Source: an uncultured Chthonomonadaceae bacterium
GTDB taxonomy: Bacteria; Armatimonadota; Chthonomonadetes; Chthonomonadales; Chthonomonadaceae
Direction of reading: 5' to 3'
DNA: 64,000 nucleotides
NCBI GenBank assembly: GCA_963817895.1
Contig: CAWFQB010000012.1
Span: forward strand, 12,223-76,222
Each line of letters opens with the position of its first letter. Position 1 is the stretch's first letter. A program made the translations under genes and the position numbers. The notes beneath the pieces were generated by a model that was not told where the DNA came from, did not search any database, and was given only the letters and a program-made list of their open reading frames with translations. Below, one piece after another: positions 30,528 through 41,924 of this stretch.

Positions 30528-32030
30528 AGCGCGGCCTCCTCAACGGCTGAATTCGAGTGTTTGGAAGGCGTAAGCGCGTGTACGGCTTTGCGGAAAGCGA
30601 CGCCGCGCGCCTCGAAATCGCGAAACATATCGAAACTCGCGCAGGCGGGCAGCAGCAAAACCGCTTCACCGGAACGGGCGAGAGAACGCGCAAGATCAAC
30701 GGCGGCTTCCAGTGTGGAAGCGCGGTAAATAGCCGTGTAGCCGCCCGCCCGAAAAGTTGTTTCCATCTTGTCCGCCACCTGCCCGATGAGAACAACGGCT
30801 CTAGTCTTTTCCAGCAGCGCGGGTACAAGCGGCGCGTACTCCAATTCCTTGTCCGCGCCGCCCATAATGGCAACCGTAGGACGATCCATCGCGCGCAAAC
30901 TGCTGTCGGCTGCCGCCACATTGGTACACATGCTGTTGTTGATGTAGCGAATGTTATCTACCTCCGCAACAAACTCCATGCGGTGCGCCACGCCGGGAAA
31001 CGTCCGAATCGCGTTTGCAATTACTTCAGGCGGCACACCAAGCGCCCGAGTCGCCGCACTGGCAGCGAGTACGTTGTCTATGCTATGTGCGCCGGGAAGC
31101 GTCAGCGGAAGTTCTGAAACCGGAAGGATGGCAATCGGACCGTCCTCGCCCATCTGAATAGAGCCTTTTTTACCCAGACGAACGGTAATCATACTATCCT
31201 GCACCCACGCGCACATGCCGCCATCCGGGGGCAAACCTCGTTGCGTGAACCAAATACGGTTAGAATGTGTCAGATCCAGGCCGATGCTGCGCGACGCAGG
31301 ATCATCGTAGTTGACAACTGCCCAATCAGATTCTGTGTTGGTTGCAAAAAAGCCGCGCTTTGGTTTGTGCATAATCCTCAAACGAGGAATGGCGATTTAG
31401 ATGGTCAGGCGTGATATTCGTCAAAATAGCCACATGAGGCCGGAAACGTTCTATCCATTCCAATTGAAAACTACTGATTTCCGCGACAATAATCGGGGTA
31501 CGCAGGATGTTTTGTGCCTTCTCATACAAGCGTAGTTGTTCGGCTTCCCAAGTGGCTTCGACAAGCGTTCGCTTGATCTCATCCGCGCTGATATTGCCGG
31601 CTACAAAGGGTCTTCGGCTAGATGTTTCCAGAATGTGGGCCACAAGTAAGGTCGTTGTGGTTTTGCCATTGGTTCCTGTGACAGCGATGAGATATGGTGG
31701 ACTTGTCACACGAAATGCGAGTTCGATTTCCGACCAGATAGGGATACCGCGCTGTACGGCGGCTTGCAGAACGGGTGCGGTTTTGGGTACGCCGGGACTG
31801 GTGACAACGAGTTCGGTTTCGGGCGGCAGGGCAGAATCGGTATCGGCCCCCAACACAAACGGCACATTCAGTTCTTCCAGTTGCGCGACGCGATCTGTTC
31901 CCAACTGCTGCGCCGTTTTGCTGTCGGACAGCAGCGCGTTCGCGCCCAGACGCGCCAGAACCCGTGCCGCCTCCATGCCGCTATGCGCCGCCCCGATTAC
32001 GCTGATGTGTTTGTTGGTAAAGTCTTTCAT
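30524..32030 (-). CDS. murD: UDP-N-acetylmuramoyl-L-alanine--D-glutamate ligase, frameshift near 31345
   Basis: SPGVP, TGTNGKTTT, EISSFQL, DHLNRH in 31326-32030; HRME, PACASFDMF in 30524-31381. Confidence 0.92.
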
Positions 32031-32137
32031 GTTATAGAGGAGAAGCCCTCAACCCCTAACCCCTTCTCCCAAAAAAGCCTGGGAGAAGGGGAACTGTAGG
32101 TATTATTTGCGTTCATTCGCGTTTATTCGCGGCTAAT

Positions 32138-33187
32138 CTATCCTCGTCCCCATAGCAGCGCGAGTGCCGCGCAGACTGCGCCCGCCAGCCAGAAGCGAAT
32201 CACAACCTGCGTTTCAGGAACCTCCAATTCCTCAAAATGGTGGTGCAGGGGCGTTCGGCGGAAAACGCGGTGCGATTTGGCGTACTCTAATCCGTGTTTG
32301 CGACGTCGCAGCTTGAACACGCTTACCTGAATCATCACGGAAATTAGTTCGGCCCAACAGACGAGGGACGCGATAATCAGCGCCACTTCCTGATGACCGA
32401 GCATGGCCGCGCCCGCCAGTCCCGCACCGAGGGCAAGGGAAGCCGTATCGCCCATAAACACGCGGGCGGGATGCGCGTTCCACCACAAAAAGCCGCACAA
32501 CGCGCCCGCAAGCGCCACGCAAAAGAAGCCGAGCGCGGGCTGAACCGTCCACACAAGCGCGGCAAGGGCGAGAGAGATCAGAATGGTCACGCCGCTGGAA
32601 AGACCGTCAAGCCCGTCCGTGAAATTGGTGGCGTTGGACAGGCCGACAAGAAACAGCAGGGCCAATGGATAGTACAGCCACCCGAGCGTAACCGGAAACG
32701 GCGCGATGCCCAATGCGTTTGTCACCTGATCCGGCAGGATATGCGCGACGGTTTGTACGCCGTTCGGAGTCGCGTAGCGCATCCAGACAAGAAACACAAT
32801 CCCGACGACCCACTGCGCGGCAAACTTTTCGCGCGCCCGCAGTCCGAGGTTTTTGCCCCGTTTCAGGCTGAGATAATCGTCCAGAGTTCCAATGCCGCCA
32901 AAGGCGAGCGTCATCAGCAACAGCGGCAGCAACGTGAAATCCTGATCGGGGTGACGGTGCGCCCCGAACTGCGTTAAAACGATGTAGGGCAGGGTGACAG
33001 CCGTTAAAGCGAACAGAATCAGGACGCCGCCCATGGTGGGCGTACCCTGCTTTTTGCCGTGCGTGGTGGGCGCGTCGCTGCTGACGTTCTGCGTGGCTTT
33101 CAACTGCTGCAAACGCCCGATGACCCATTTGCCGGGAAGCGCGGCCAGCAGAAACGCGAACACAAAGCCGAGCGCGAGGTTAAGCAT
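32138..33187 (-). CDS. mraY: Phospho-N-acetylmuramoyl-pentapeptide transferase
   Basis: KQGTPTMGG, NFTDGLDGL, VFMGD, PLHHHFE. Confidence 0.97.
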   Translation of the reverse strand: MLNLALGFVFAFLLAALPGKWVIGRLQQLKATQNVSSDAPTTHGKKQGTPTMGGVLILFALTAVTLPYIVLTQFGAHRHPDQDFTLLPLLLMTLAFGGIGTLDDYLSLKRGKNLGLRAREKFAAQWVVGIVFLVWMRYATPNGVQTVAHILPDQVTNALGIAPFPVTLGWLYYPLALLFLVGLSNATNFTDGLDGLSSGVTILISLALAALVWTVQPALGFFCVALAGALCGFLWWNAHPARVFMGDTASLALGAGLAGAAMLGHQEVALIIASLVCWAELISVMIQVSVFKLRRRKHGLEYAKSHRVFRRTPLHHHFEELEVPETQVVIRFWLAGAVCAALALLWGRG

Positions 33188-34604
33188 GGGCGTTGCTATC
33201 CGTTTCGCCAGTCAGCGCGTTGACAATCACTTCCATCCCCATCGCCCGCGACCCTTTCACCAGAACCGTATCTCCCGGCTGTACCAATTCTTTGATATGC
33301 TCCGCCGCTTCCTGTGCGTCGTGAAAGCGGACGGCAGGACGTTCTGCGGCGGACAACCCACCCTGATCCGCCTCTTCTGCAATCCACGCGGCCATTTCCC
33401 CGACAGTTACGAGCAGGCGAACACTATAATGAAACGCGATATCATGACCTACTTTTTCATGCGCAATAGACGATTCCCCGCCCAGTTCACGCATGTCGCC
33501 TAATACGGCAACACGCTGACTGCTCATCTGCTTCAGCGTGTTCAGGGCGCTGGACATGCTTTCTGGACTGGCATTATAGCAGTCGTCTAAAACTGTAATG
33601 TCGTTTGGCGCATGGCGTACCATCATGCGGCCTTCCGCTCCCTGCCACTGCGAAAGGGCTTTGGCGGCTTTATCGGTGGGAACATTCAGCGCGTATCCAA
33701 CGGCAAGGGCAGGAGAGCATTAGATACCACATGGAAGCCAACGGCCTGCAACTGAATGGATAAAACTTTCTTTGCGCTGCCAATGCGAACGCGAAACGCC
33801 GCCGCTCCCTCCGTATTGACCACAACGCTATTGGGCATAAGTTTTATTTCCGCGTCTCGAACCGGGTCGCCGGTTTGAATAAGGCGGGAGCCGGGTGGTC
33901 GGGCGGGTTTTATAATCTGCGGAAAGAGAATGTTGCGCGGCATAATCGCAATCCGCTTTCTGAGGCAGACGCGCAAACAGTTCCGCTTTTGCCCGCGCAA
34001 TATTCTGAATGGAACCCAGCAGTTCCACATGCGCAGAGCCGATATTGGTAATCACGCCGATTGTGGGTTCGGCGATTTCGGCAAGGTAATCAATCTGCCC
34101 CAAACCCGCGCATTCCCATTTCCACAACCGCCACCTCGTGCGTTTTGTTCAAGTTGAAAAGGGTGAGCGGAACGCCGATTTCGTTGTTATAGTTTTTCTC
34201 GTTCGCCAGCGTGTTGTAGGTGGTTCGCAAAACGGCGGCAATCATTTCTTTGGTGGAGGTCTTACCTACGCTGCCGGTTACGCCGATAATGGGAATCGCG
34301 AACTGTCGGCGATAGCGCTGTGCCAGATCGCCGAGGGCGCGCAACGCAGCCGGAACTACGACTTGCGCGCCCCATCCTCTGTAATGCCTTCCATTTCGCG
34401 CTCGACAACGGCAATTGCGCCCGCCCTTAGCGCCTGCGCCACAAACGCATGGCCGTCCGAGTGTTCGCCCTTCAACGCAAAGAACAACGCGCCCGGTTTG
34501 GCCTGCCGCGAGTCAATGCAGACGCTCGTAATTTCGCCTGTAGCGTCGCCAACGATACGCCCGTTCATACCCTCCGCAGCCCATTGTAAGGTAAAGGGTT
34601 CCAT
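33180..34604 (-). CDS. murF: UDP-N-acetylmuramoyl-tripeptide--D-Ala-D-Ala ligase, about four frameshifts (near 34360, 34100, 33955, 33715)
   Basis: DSR, DGHAF, TGSVGKTSTKE, NNEIGVP, EMGM, DCYNASP, GDMRELG, VKGSR spread over successive frames. Confidence 0.9.
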
Positions 34605-36147
34605 TACGCCAGCAACTCCCGCGCCACTTCCCTGTCGTCGAAATGGTGTTTGGTGTCGCCGATGATTTGATAATCCTCGTGGCCTTTGCCCGCGATTACA
34701 ATCAGATCGCCGGGGTGGGCAAGGCTGACGGCTAAGGCAATCGCTTTATAGCGGTCGGCTTCAACATGTATGTCGGCGGTCAGTGCGGCATCGGAAGTTT
34801 TGTCCATGCCGGTCAGAATTTCGTCAATGATCGCCTGCGGCTCCTCATGGCGTGGATTGTCCGAAGTGACAATGGCGACATCGGCAAGCGTTCCGGCCAA
34901 TCGGCCCATAATTGGGCGCTTGGTGCGGTCGCGGTTGCCGCCGCAGCCGAATACGCACAGCAGGCGGTTGGGATGCAGTTCGCGGGCGGAACGCAGAACG
35001 TTTTCAAGTCCGTCCGGCGTGTGCGCGTAATCCACGACCACGCTGAAACCGCGATTGTTCGGCACAGCCTCGAAACGACCCGGAACAGGAGGCAAATTCG
35101 CCAGTCCCCGCGCAATGGTTTCCTTATCAACGCCCAATTTCAGACACGTGCCAATGGCGGCAAGAGCGTTGCCAACCTGAAACGCGCCGCCAACCGGCAG
35201 CGCAATGGGCATTGTCCAACGCGCCGTGCCGATGTCGTAGGAAAGGGTAAACGTTGCGCTTTCCGGGGCGAGTTGTACGTCTTTCGCCTGCAAATTCGCG
35301 GGGTTGCTTTCACTGGTATAGGTGAGAATGTCGCCCCGCGCCAGCGTGACTAGATTGCGCCCCTCCCACGCGGCGACATTGATAATGGAAGCGAACACGG
35401 TTTTATCCGGGCGCGGGTACAGAATGGGGTACTCGGCAAACAGGCGGGATTTGGCTTCAAAATAGGCGTCGAGCGTGCCGTGAAAGTCGAGATGATCCTG
35501 CGTCAGATTGGTGAACACGCCGATATTGAAGGCGATGCCGTCCGTGCGATGCTGCGCAAGGGCGTGAGACGACACCTCCATCACAACCGCGTCCGCGCCC
35601 TGTTCCCGCATCTGCGCCAGCAGGTCTTGCAGTTGATCGGATTCCGGCGTGGTATGTTCGCTCGGCAAGTCTACGCCGTCCATCTCCGCGCCCAACGTGC
35701 CAATTGTACCCACTTTGCGCCCTGCTTCTCGCAGTATGGACGCGATCATGCGGGTTGTGGTTGTTTTGCCGTTCGTGCCGGTCACGCCAACCATTGTCAG
35801 CCCGTGGGAAGGGTTGCCATAAATTTCGCAGGCCAGCAGGGGCAGGGCATGGCGCGTGTCTTTCACCGTAATAACAGGCGTGTCCGGGGCAAGTCAATGC
35901 CGGTTTCTTCCAACCCGCCCGCCTGAACTACAAGCGCTGCCGCTCCCTTTTGCAATGCGTCAAGCGCGTACCGATGCCCATCAAACGCCTGTCCGCGCAG
36001 GCAAACGAAAACATCTCCCGATTCCACCAATCGCGAGTCATGCGAAATGCCGGATACAGTCACGGCTTCCAACACGGACGTATCCAGCTTGGATTGCGCT
36101 TTCGGCAGGCGGGACAGAAGTTGTGCAAGCGAGCAGGCGGGTTTCAC
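34604..36147 (-). CDS. murE: UDP-N-acetylmuramoyl-L-alanyl-D-glutamate--2,6-diaminopimelate ligase, frameshift near 35885
   Basis: HDSR, TGTNGKTT, MEVSSH, DYAHTPD, DNPR (DAP-type), AGKGHE. Confidence 0.93.
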
Positions 36148-36297
36148 GGGTGAGTTCCTGAATAAAGTAGATGCGCTCTGATATTTGAATGGCGGGACGT
36201 GGCGGGAATGTCTGTATAGTATAGCAGATTTTACCTCACCCGGCCCCTCTCCTAGCCGCGCAACGCGCCAGGAGAGGGGAGAGTATGGTTGATTTTT

Positions 36298-36347
36298 ATT
36301 CCGCGCAGGCGGAATTCGTTATCACAGCCGAGGAATTTATTCCCCGG
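36298..36347 (+). repeat. Two-hairpin repeat, homologous to a copy inside the GT-C gene (27175-27224, minus strand)
   Basis: CCGCGCAGGCGG..TTCGTTATCACAGCCGAGGAATTTATTCCCCGG vs CCGCGAAGGCGG..TTCGTTATCACAGCCGCGCAATTTATTGCACGG. Confidence 0.75.
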
Positions 36348-36534
36348 AACACCAGTCAGTAGTGTAGAAAAGGTTGAAGAAAAAAAGGCCGCGCCAAAAA
36401 TGAAACCGGGCAAACACCCGACGGCACGGCCCCAAACCATACGTGAACCGGAGCATGGCGCGTATGGCGATATTGCAAAGGATGAAGGAGGAAGGATGAA
36501 AAAAGACGGTTATCCTGACCCTGTCTCCTGACCC

Positions 36535-38412
36535 CTAATGATGATGAACCAGCAGTTTTTCCGGGTGCTTGATGCTGTATTCGGCGGCTTTGAACTGTGT
36601 ACAGTTCGGGTCGTCTTCGGGAACATGCCAGTATTGCATCAGGCGCGTGGCAATCGCTTTGAAGGCGGGCGCGGCCACTTCCGCGCCGAAGTGCTTTTCG
36701 CCGCTCGGCTCATCTACAGCCACCTGAATCACCACGCGCGGCTTCACGTTCGGGCTGGCGGGCAGATAGCCGATGAAGGACGCGACGTATTTCCCCGGCG
36801 TATATTTCTGCGCCGTGCCGGTTTTGCCCGCGAACTGGTAGCCCGGAATGGCGATGGTTTTGGCGGTTCCATTGGACACGACGGAGCGCAGCATATCCGT
36901 CATTACCGCGCTGGTATGCTGAGAAATCACGCGCCGCTGAACCTCCGGCTCCCACTTCTGCACGGTTTTGCCGTTCGCGTCCGTCAGGGAGGTAATCAGG
37001 CGGGGCTTCATCAGCAGTCCGCCATTGGCGAAAGCCCCATACGCCAGCGCGACATGCAGGGGCGTGGTGGCAATGCTGTGTCCGAACGCGACGCGGGCGG
37101 CTTTGGCTTCCGTATACTGCTTTTCGTTACGGTCGAAAGACCAGCGTCCCGCCGTCGCGCCGGGAACAACCACGTCCAGTTTGTCCAGCAGTCCGAACTT
37201 CTCATCGGCGGCTTTCAGCTTACGGGCGGTCATTCTCATGCCGATTTGCGCGCTGGCGACGTTGCACGAGTGGCGCAGCACATCCCGCACCGTCTCTTCG
37301 CCATGCACTTCGCTGTGCGCTTCCCGAATGGTTTTCTTGTTGACCGTAATCGAGCCGGGGCAATAAAAACCGGTTTCCGTCGTGATGATGCCCTGATCCA
37401 GCGCGGCGGCAATGGTCAGAGCTTTCAGGGTGGAACCGGGTTCGTACAGGTGCGCGATGCAGCGGTCACGGAAATGTTCCGGCACTTCCTCTTTGGGCAG
37501 TTTATTGAGTTCTTTGCGCTTGTCCGGGTTGGGGTCGAACGTGGGCAGGCTGGCAAGCGCGAGAATATCGCCCGTATTCGGGTCGAGAGCGATAACGGAA
37601 ACGCCAATGGGATGCGAGTCCGCGACGATCTTTTCCGCTTCTTCGGTAACGATGTGCTGAATGTTGGCGTCCAGCGTGGTATGCACATCGTAGCCGTCAC
37701 GGGCGGGAATCATCTTCTGAATCGTATCGGGAATTTCGCGCTTGTGGTCGTCCACTTCGGCAAGGGCAAAGCCGTTCGCGCCGTCCAGCCATTTGCGGCA
37801 GCCCCGCTCCAGTCCCGCCTGCGCGATTCCGTCCGAGCGCGTGAAACCGACGACATGCGCCGCGCTGTCGCCACTGGCGTACACGCGCTTGCTGCCGTCC
37901 TGAATACCAAAGCCGAGGTGAGGACGCGCCTCGCGAATCATCTGCGCCACTTCCAGCGATACGCCCCGTTTCAGGCGGACGAACCGAACCGGCTTACGCG
38001 GATTGAAATCGCTCCGCGCTTTCTGAATCGTTGCGGCAAGTTCGTTTTCGGGAATTTGAAGAATGGGCGAGGCGTTCTGAATACTCAGCGCGAGGTCTTG
38101 TTCCAGTTTGCGCGCGGTTTTGGCGTCCTTGCCGTCCGTGAGCGCAGCAGTGGGATCGAAGCCCGCTTCCCCCTCATACAGGCTGACGGCAAGCGGGCGG
38201 CCATTATGATCGTAAATGGTTCCCTTGCGGGCAAGCAGGGGGATTTTCTGTTCCCGTTTTGACTCCGCCGTTTGCCGTATCTCCGCGCCATGCAACCCCT
38301 GAAGATACAGCAACCTCGCCATCAGGGCAAGGTAACAGGCCAGTATAAACAGAAACGCGATATTGATTCGCCGTTTCTGAACGCTGCTCCGCTCCAGGCT
38401 GCGCACGGCCAT
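36535..38412 (-). CDS. ftsI: Class B penicillin-binding protein (FtsI/PBP3)
   Basis: EPGSTLK (SxxK), SCN (SxN), KTGTAQ; dcw position. Confidence 0.93.
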   Translation of the reverse strand: MAVRSLERSSVQKRRINIAFLFILACYLALMARLLYLQGLHGAEIRQTAESKREQKIPLLARKGTIYDHNGRPLAVSLYEGEAGFDPTAALTDGKDAKTARKLEQDLALSIQNASPILQIPENELAATIQKARSDFNPRKPVRFVRLKRGVSLEVAQMIREARPHLGFGIQDGSKRVYASGDSAAHVVGFTRSDGIAQAGLERGCRKWLDGANGFALAEVDDHKREIPDTIQKMIPARDGYDVHTTLDANIQHIVTEEAEKIVADSHPIGVSVIALDPNTGDILALASLPTFDPNPDKRKELNKLPKEEVPEHFRDRCIAHLYEPGSTLKALTIAAALDQGIITTETGFYCPGSITVNKKTIREAHSEVHGEETVRDVLRHSCNVASAQIGMRMTARKLKAADEKFGLLDKLDVVVPGATAGRWSFDRNEKQYTEAKAARVAFGHSIATTPLHVALAYGAFANGGLLMKPRLITSLTDANGKTVQKWEPEVQRRVISQHTSAVMTDMLRSVVSNGTAKTIAIPGYQFAGKTGTAQKYTPGKYVASFIGYLPASPNVKPRVVIQVAVDEPSGEKHFGAEVAAPAFKAIATRLMQYWHVPEDDPNCTQFKAAEYSIKHPEKLLVHHH

Positions 38413-38430
38413 GTGGGGGTTTCCTTTCGA

Positions 38431-38538
38431 TCAGGTGTTCAGGTACTCAGGTGTTCAGGTGTTCGGTTGACTGCCTTTACGCGCGCTGGCAAACGTGTAC
38501 TACTGTATTTCCTGAACACCTGAATACCTGAATACCTA
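38431..38538. repeat. Inverted octamer tandem repeats (TCAGGTGT / ACACCTGA)
   Basis: About 4 units on the left and 3-4 inverted units on the right. Confidence 0.75.
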
Positions 38539-38541
38539 ATC

Positions 38542-39084
38542 TCATTCGGCTATACCGGACTTGTCAGCTGACGGGGAGGCAAGCGGCGCGGCAACCGGCG
38601 ACTGGGGCAGAGACGCTTGTATCAGGGATGATTGCAGCAACTGCGCGGGCGTGGTTTCGCCCACCGTCACCATCTGCTTCTCTTCGGCGGGAACCATGCC
38701 CATTGCGCGGGCCTTCTGCTCGATATGCGCCGGGGTATACACGAGAGCGCGCAGATGCTTTGCCTGCTGCCGCTTTTCCCGCGCCTGTTTGAGCATCCCC
38801 ATCAATTTGGTATGCCGATAGCCCTCCTGCGTGACCTGCGCATGCCCGGACAGGTACATCATGCCCGCGCTCACGACCAGCATGGCAAGAATTACCAGCG
38901 CGATCAGCCAGAACATCTGAATCGCATGGCGCTGGCGCGGGCGCGATACGGGAACAGGCTGTGACCGGGCGGGCGGGGCAGGCGCGGGCAGAACCGGGCG
39001 GCGGTTCGGAAGGGCGACTGCCCCGGAAGCGTAAGTTTCGGCGCGGTACGCGGCGTTTACAGATTGGCGCGGCAAAGTGGACAT
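38542..39084 (-). CDS. Probable FtsL-like cell division protein
   Basis: Single TM, coiled coil, IEQKARAMGMV; lies between rsmH and ftsI. Confidence 0.75.
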   Translation of the reverse strand: MSTLPRQSVNAAYRAETYASGAVALPNRRPVLPAPAPPARSQPVPVSRPRQRHAIQMFWLIALVILAMLVVSAGMMYLSGHAQVTQEGYRHTKLMGMLKQAREKRQQAKHLRALVYTPAHIEQKARAMGMVPAEEKQMVTVGETTPAQLLQSSLIQASLPQSPVAAPLASPSADKSGIAE

Positions 39085-39162
39085 GCTGCAACCTCTTGGG
39101 TAGGGATGAGATACGAGATACGAGTATGGGAACGCGGGCGAGTTTGTAGATTTGAGTGTCTT

Positions 39163-40212
39163 TTAACTCGTATCTTGTATCTCGTATCTCGTATCTACTC
39201 TCTCGGCTATGCGCAATTTCGCGCTGCGGGCGCGGGGGTTGCGCGTGATTTCGACTTCCGTTGGCACAATGGGTTTGCGCGTAATCAGGCGCAGAATTGG
39301 TTCTTGTATCGGCGTCAGGAACGCGGCGGGGGAAGAACCGGGCGCGGATGCGCCCATGCCCGCCGCTTCGCTGAATACGTGTTTCACAATGCGGTCTTCC
39401 AGCGAATGGTAACTGATGACGGCTAATCTTCCGCCCGGTTTCAGGCGGTCAATGGCCGCATTCAATCCGGTTTGCAACTGTCCCAATTCATCGTTGACGG
39501 CGATGCGCAGGGCTTGAAAAACGCGAGTGGCAACGTGGATGTCGCGCGGCCAGGCTTTGCGCGGCACGCTCTGCTCCACGATTTGCGCAAGCTGCGCCGT
39601 TGTTTCGATGGGCTGTCTGGCGCGGCGTTCCACTATGACCTGCGCGATACGCTTTGCCCATCGCTCCTCGCCATATTCGTAAAAGATGCGTTCCAATTCC
39701 CGCGCCGAAGCGGTTTGGACCAATTCGCCTGCGGATACGCCCCCGCTGCGATCCATACGCATATCTAAATTTTCGTCGCGCCGGAAACTGAAGCCGCGCG
39801 AAGTGTCCAATTGGTGCGAAGATACGCCCAAATCGAACAAAATTCCATCCATTTTTGACTTTTTTGTGGCAATATTTGTGTCTAATGCCGTCTCCATGTT
39901 GCCAAACGGCGTATGTAAGAGTATAATGGAGACAAAGTTCTGTACCGGCGTGAGCCGAATCCGCGCGGCTTCCAGCGCGTCCGTGTCCCGGTCAAGGCCG
40001 ATGAGCGTTCCGTCCGGCTGCAATTTTTGCGCTAATGCAAGGCTGTGTCCGCCGCCGCCAAGCGTAGCGTCAAGTATAATTTTTCCGGGCTGTGGATCGA
40101 GCGCGTCCAGTATTTCGTCCAGCAGGACGGGCGTATGGTAGTTGCTGATTGCCGGTTGCGAGTTGAGAGTTGAGGAAGCGGGTTCGGACGCTTCCGGTTT
40201 TTCAGAGTTCAT
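39163..40212 (-). CDS. rsmH: 16S rRNA (cytosine1402-N4)-methyltransferase
   Basis: HTPVLL, DATLGGGGHS, DLGVSSHQLD, SYHSLEDR, NPRARSAKLR. Confidence 0.97.
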   Translation of the reverse strand: MNSEKPEASEPASSTLNSQPAISNYHTPVLLDEILDALDPQPGKIILDATLGGGGHSLALAQKLQPDGTLIGLDRDTDALEAARIRLTPVQNFVSIILLHTPFGNMETALDTNIATKKSKMDGILFDLGVSSHQLDTSRGFSFRRDENLDMRMDRSGGVSAGELVQTASARELERIFYEYGEERWAKRIAQVIVERRARQPIETTAQLAQIVEQSVPRKAWPRDIHVATRVFQALRIAVNDELGQLQTGLNAAIDRLKPGGRLAVISYHSLEDRIVKHVFSEAAGMGASAPGSSPAAFLTPIQEPILRLITRKPIVPTEVEITRNPRARSAKLRIAERVDTRYEIQDTS

Positions 40213-40245
40213 AGCAGTAACTCAACTATCAACAGGCAATCAACA

Positions 40246-40785
40246 TCAAGCCTCAACTGCAATCTCACTGATAGACACCGCAGGAACTTGCGCGGCTTCG
40301 ACAGTTATTGCCAGTGGCAGCGCGGTGGCTTTGCGGTTGCGGGCGGCTTCGGCGGCATTATCCGGCGTAAATTCCGCCGTGTGCGCTTCCCATCCGTTGC
40401 GGTTCCAGATTTCAAGGCGCGTCCCGTTGCCGATGATAACCGCCGCGTCGCTTTCGCGCAGTTTGGCCCATTCGCGCAAATGGCGCGGTATGGAAACCCG
40501 GTTCTGCTGGTCAGAATTGACGAATTCGCAGCTTCCGAACATGCGCTGTAAAAAAATCAGGTCGGGGTTCAGTTCGTCATGAACGTCCACGCTGATAAGC
40601 TGTTCTTCCATCGCTTCCCATACGGGCATGGGATAGGCGCGAATGTGGTTACCTGGCCCGATGGTGAGAACGAATTCTTCACCGAGCTTGTCGCGAAATT
40701 TCTGGGGTACAATGACACGGCCTTTGTCATCAAGGCTGTGTTCAAAACGCCCCCACATTCTTTGAGTAGGAGAACTTATCGCCAT
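40246..40785 (-). CDS. mraZ: Division/cell wall cluster transcriptional repressor MraZ
   Basis: HSLDDKGRV..P, DQQNRVSIP, RLEIW; first gene of dcw. Confidence 0.93.
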   Translation of the reverse strand: MAISSPTQRMWGRFEHSLDDKGRVIVPQKFRDKLGEEFVLTIGPGNHIRAYPMPVWEAMEEQLISVDVHDELNPDLIFLQRMFGSCEFVNSDQQNRVSIPRHLREWAKLRESDAAVIIGNGTRLEIWNRNGWEAHTAEFTPDNAAEAARNRKATALPLAITVEAAQVPAVSISEIAVEA

Positions 40786-40867
40786 GCGATTGCGCTGAAC
40801 GCTTTCTGCAACAAAAAACAACGGAATCGGGAGAGCAGTACAGTGGAATTGGGAGGGTGTTCCTACA

Positions 40868-40922
40868 CTCCCTCCAACAAGTTCCCCACAAGTCTCCCCA
40901 CGCTCACCCCGGAATTGCCCCA
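40868..40922 (-). promoter_or_regulatory. Putative MraZ operator (TGGGG direct repeats)
   Basis: TGGGG/CGGGG/TGGGG/TGGGG about 11-12 bp apart, just downstream of the -10. Confidence 0.55.
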
Positions 40923-40950
40923 TTGTACTTGCTTGCCATGCGGAAGTCAA
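40922..40950 (-). promoter_or_regulatory. Sigma70-type promoter of the dcw cluster
   Basis: TTGACT-17 bp-TACAAT on the minus strand. Confidence 0.75.
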
Positions 40951-41531
40951 GTGTTTTGGCAGGTATTTCGGCGTCTTTTTACAACTTTTTTCCTCAGAAA
41001 ACAGGCGTGTTTACGCCTGTCTACCAGAATCACGGCTTCTGTTCCCGCTTCAACGCTTTTGGTAAGAATGTTGGTGGGGCAAAGTGGAGTGGCTGCCCAT
41101 TTTGGACTGCGTTAGTGGAAATGTGGGGGTACAGGGTGGGGGAGTGGAGGAGAATAATTCTTGCCTGATCCGTTGCGTATCACGTATGTCTGGCCGGGTT
41201 CTATTTCCCGCGCCATCAACCCCTCTTCCACGTCGGGACAGTTATTTTATCGCGATGGGCTGCGCCATGCCGCCTATCTAATCGCCAAACACGAACTGCG
41301 CGTCTGGTTCGAGCCGAACTGGCGCAACGCGCGCCTGCTGGCGCGTCAATTTCCGCGTTGTCTTGTCTGCTCCATCCCCGAAGAGTCCGATACGCCCTCC
41401 CTGCACAAAATACCCGGCTGGCGCAAACCTCGCTCAAAAGGCGTAGTGTAATCCGCAAAGGAATTATCCCGCGCTGTATTGAAATAGTCTTCAGTTTTGT
41501 TGGAACCTGTGCGTAAGAAGGAACGACGTTA

Positions 41532-41912
41532 ATGCAGTCTCAACTACGCAAAGCCTGCCCCCGCTGCCACACGCAAACAGGATTGACCGCCGCCTGCTGT
41601 TTGACCTGCGGCCATCAGTATCGCACCCTGTTTGTGCCGCCACAACCGGCAATGGCAACCGTTCAGCCCACGCGCAAATTGTACGTTCTTGCGCCCGGTG
41701 ACAAGGATATGAGCGCGAGGCAGGCGGCTATCGGACTGGCGGCGGTAATCGCGCTTTCCAGCCTGATTGGTCTTGCCTCCCCCGCCGTGCAGGGACGGGC
41801 CAACGAATTCAGCCGAACGGACAAATTGCGCCGGGGAAAACCGGCGCAGCCTGTCCTGCCCACAACTGGTATCAATGCGCAGCCGCGTATCGCTGAAGTC
41901 CCGTCGCGATAG
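41532..41912 (+). CDS. Zinc-ribbon membrane protein, hypothetical
   Basis: CPRC..CLTCGHQY and one hydrophobic segment. Confidence 0.6.
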   Translation: MQSQLRKACPRCHTQTGLTAACCLTCGHQYRTLFVPPQPAMATVQPTRKLYVLAPGDKDMSARQAAIGLAAVIALSSLIGLASPAVQGRANEFSRTDKLRRGKPAQPVLPTTGINAQPRIAEVPSR

Positions 41913-41924
41913 GAGCCAATCCGT

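Noticed and set aside
30524..36147. Frameshifts in murD, murF and murE as real pseudogenisation or programmed frameshifting
   Set aside because: These are essential genes with all motifs intact, and similar single-base indels occur across the window (BatA, GT-C, DUF1559, GNAT). Long-read or low-coverage assembly error is more parsimonious; read polishing would decide.
36289..36531. 80-aa plus-strand ORF inside the dcw cluster
   Set aside because: Partly composed of repeat-derived sequence and opposite to the operon direction
36538..38262. Long antisense ORFs (e.g. 574 aa opposite ftsI, 455 aa opposite BatA)
   Set aside because: Shadow ORFs expected in GC-rich coding DNA; no recognisable motifs
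41161..41451. 96-aa ORF upstream of the zinc-ribbon gene
   Set aside because: Has a plausible RBS but no recognisable motif; cannot be supported from sequence alone
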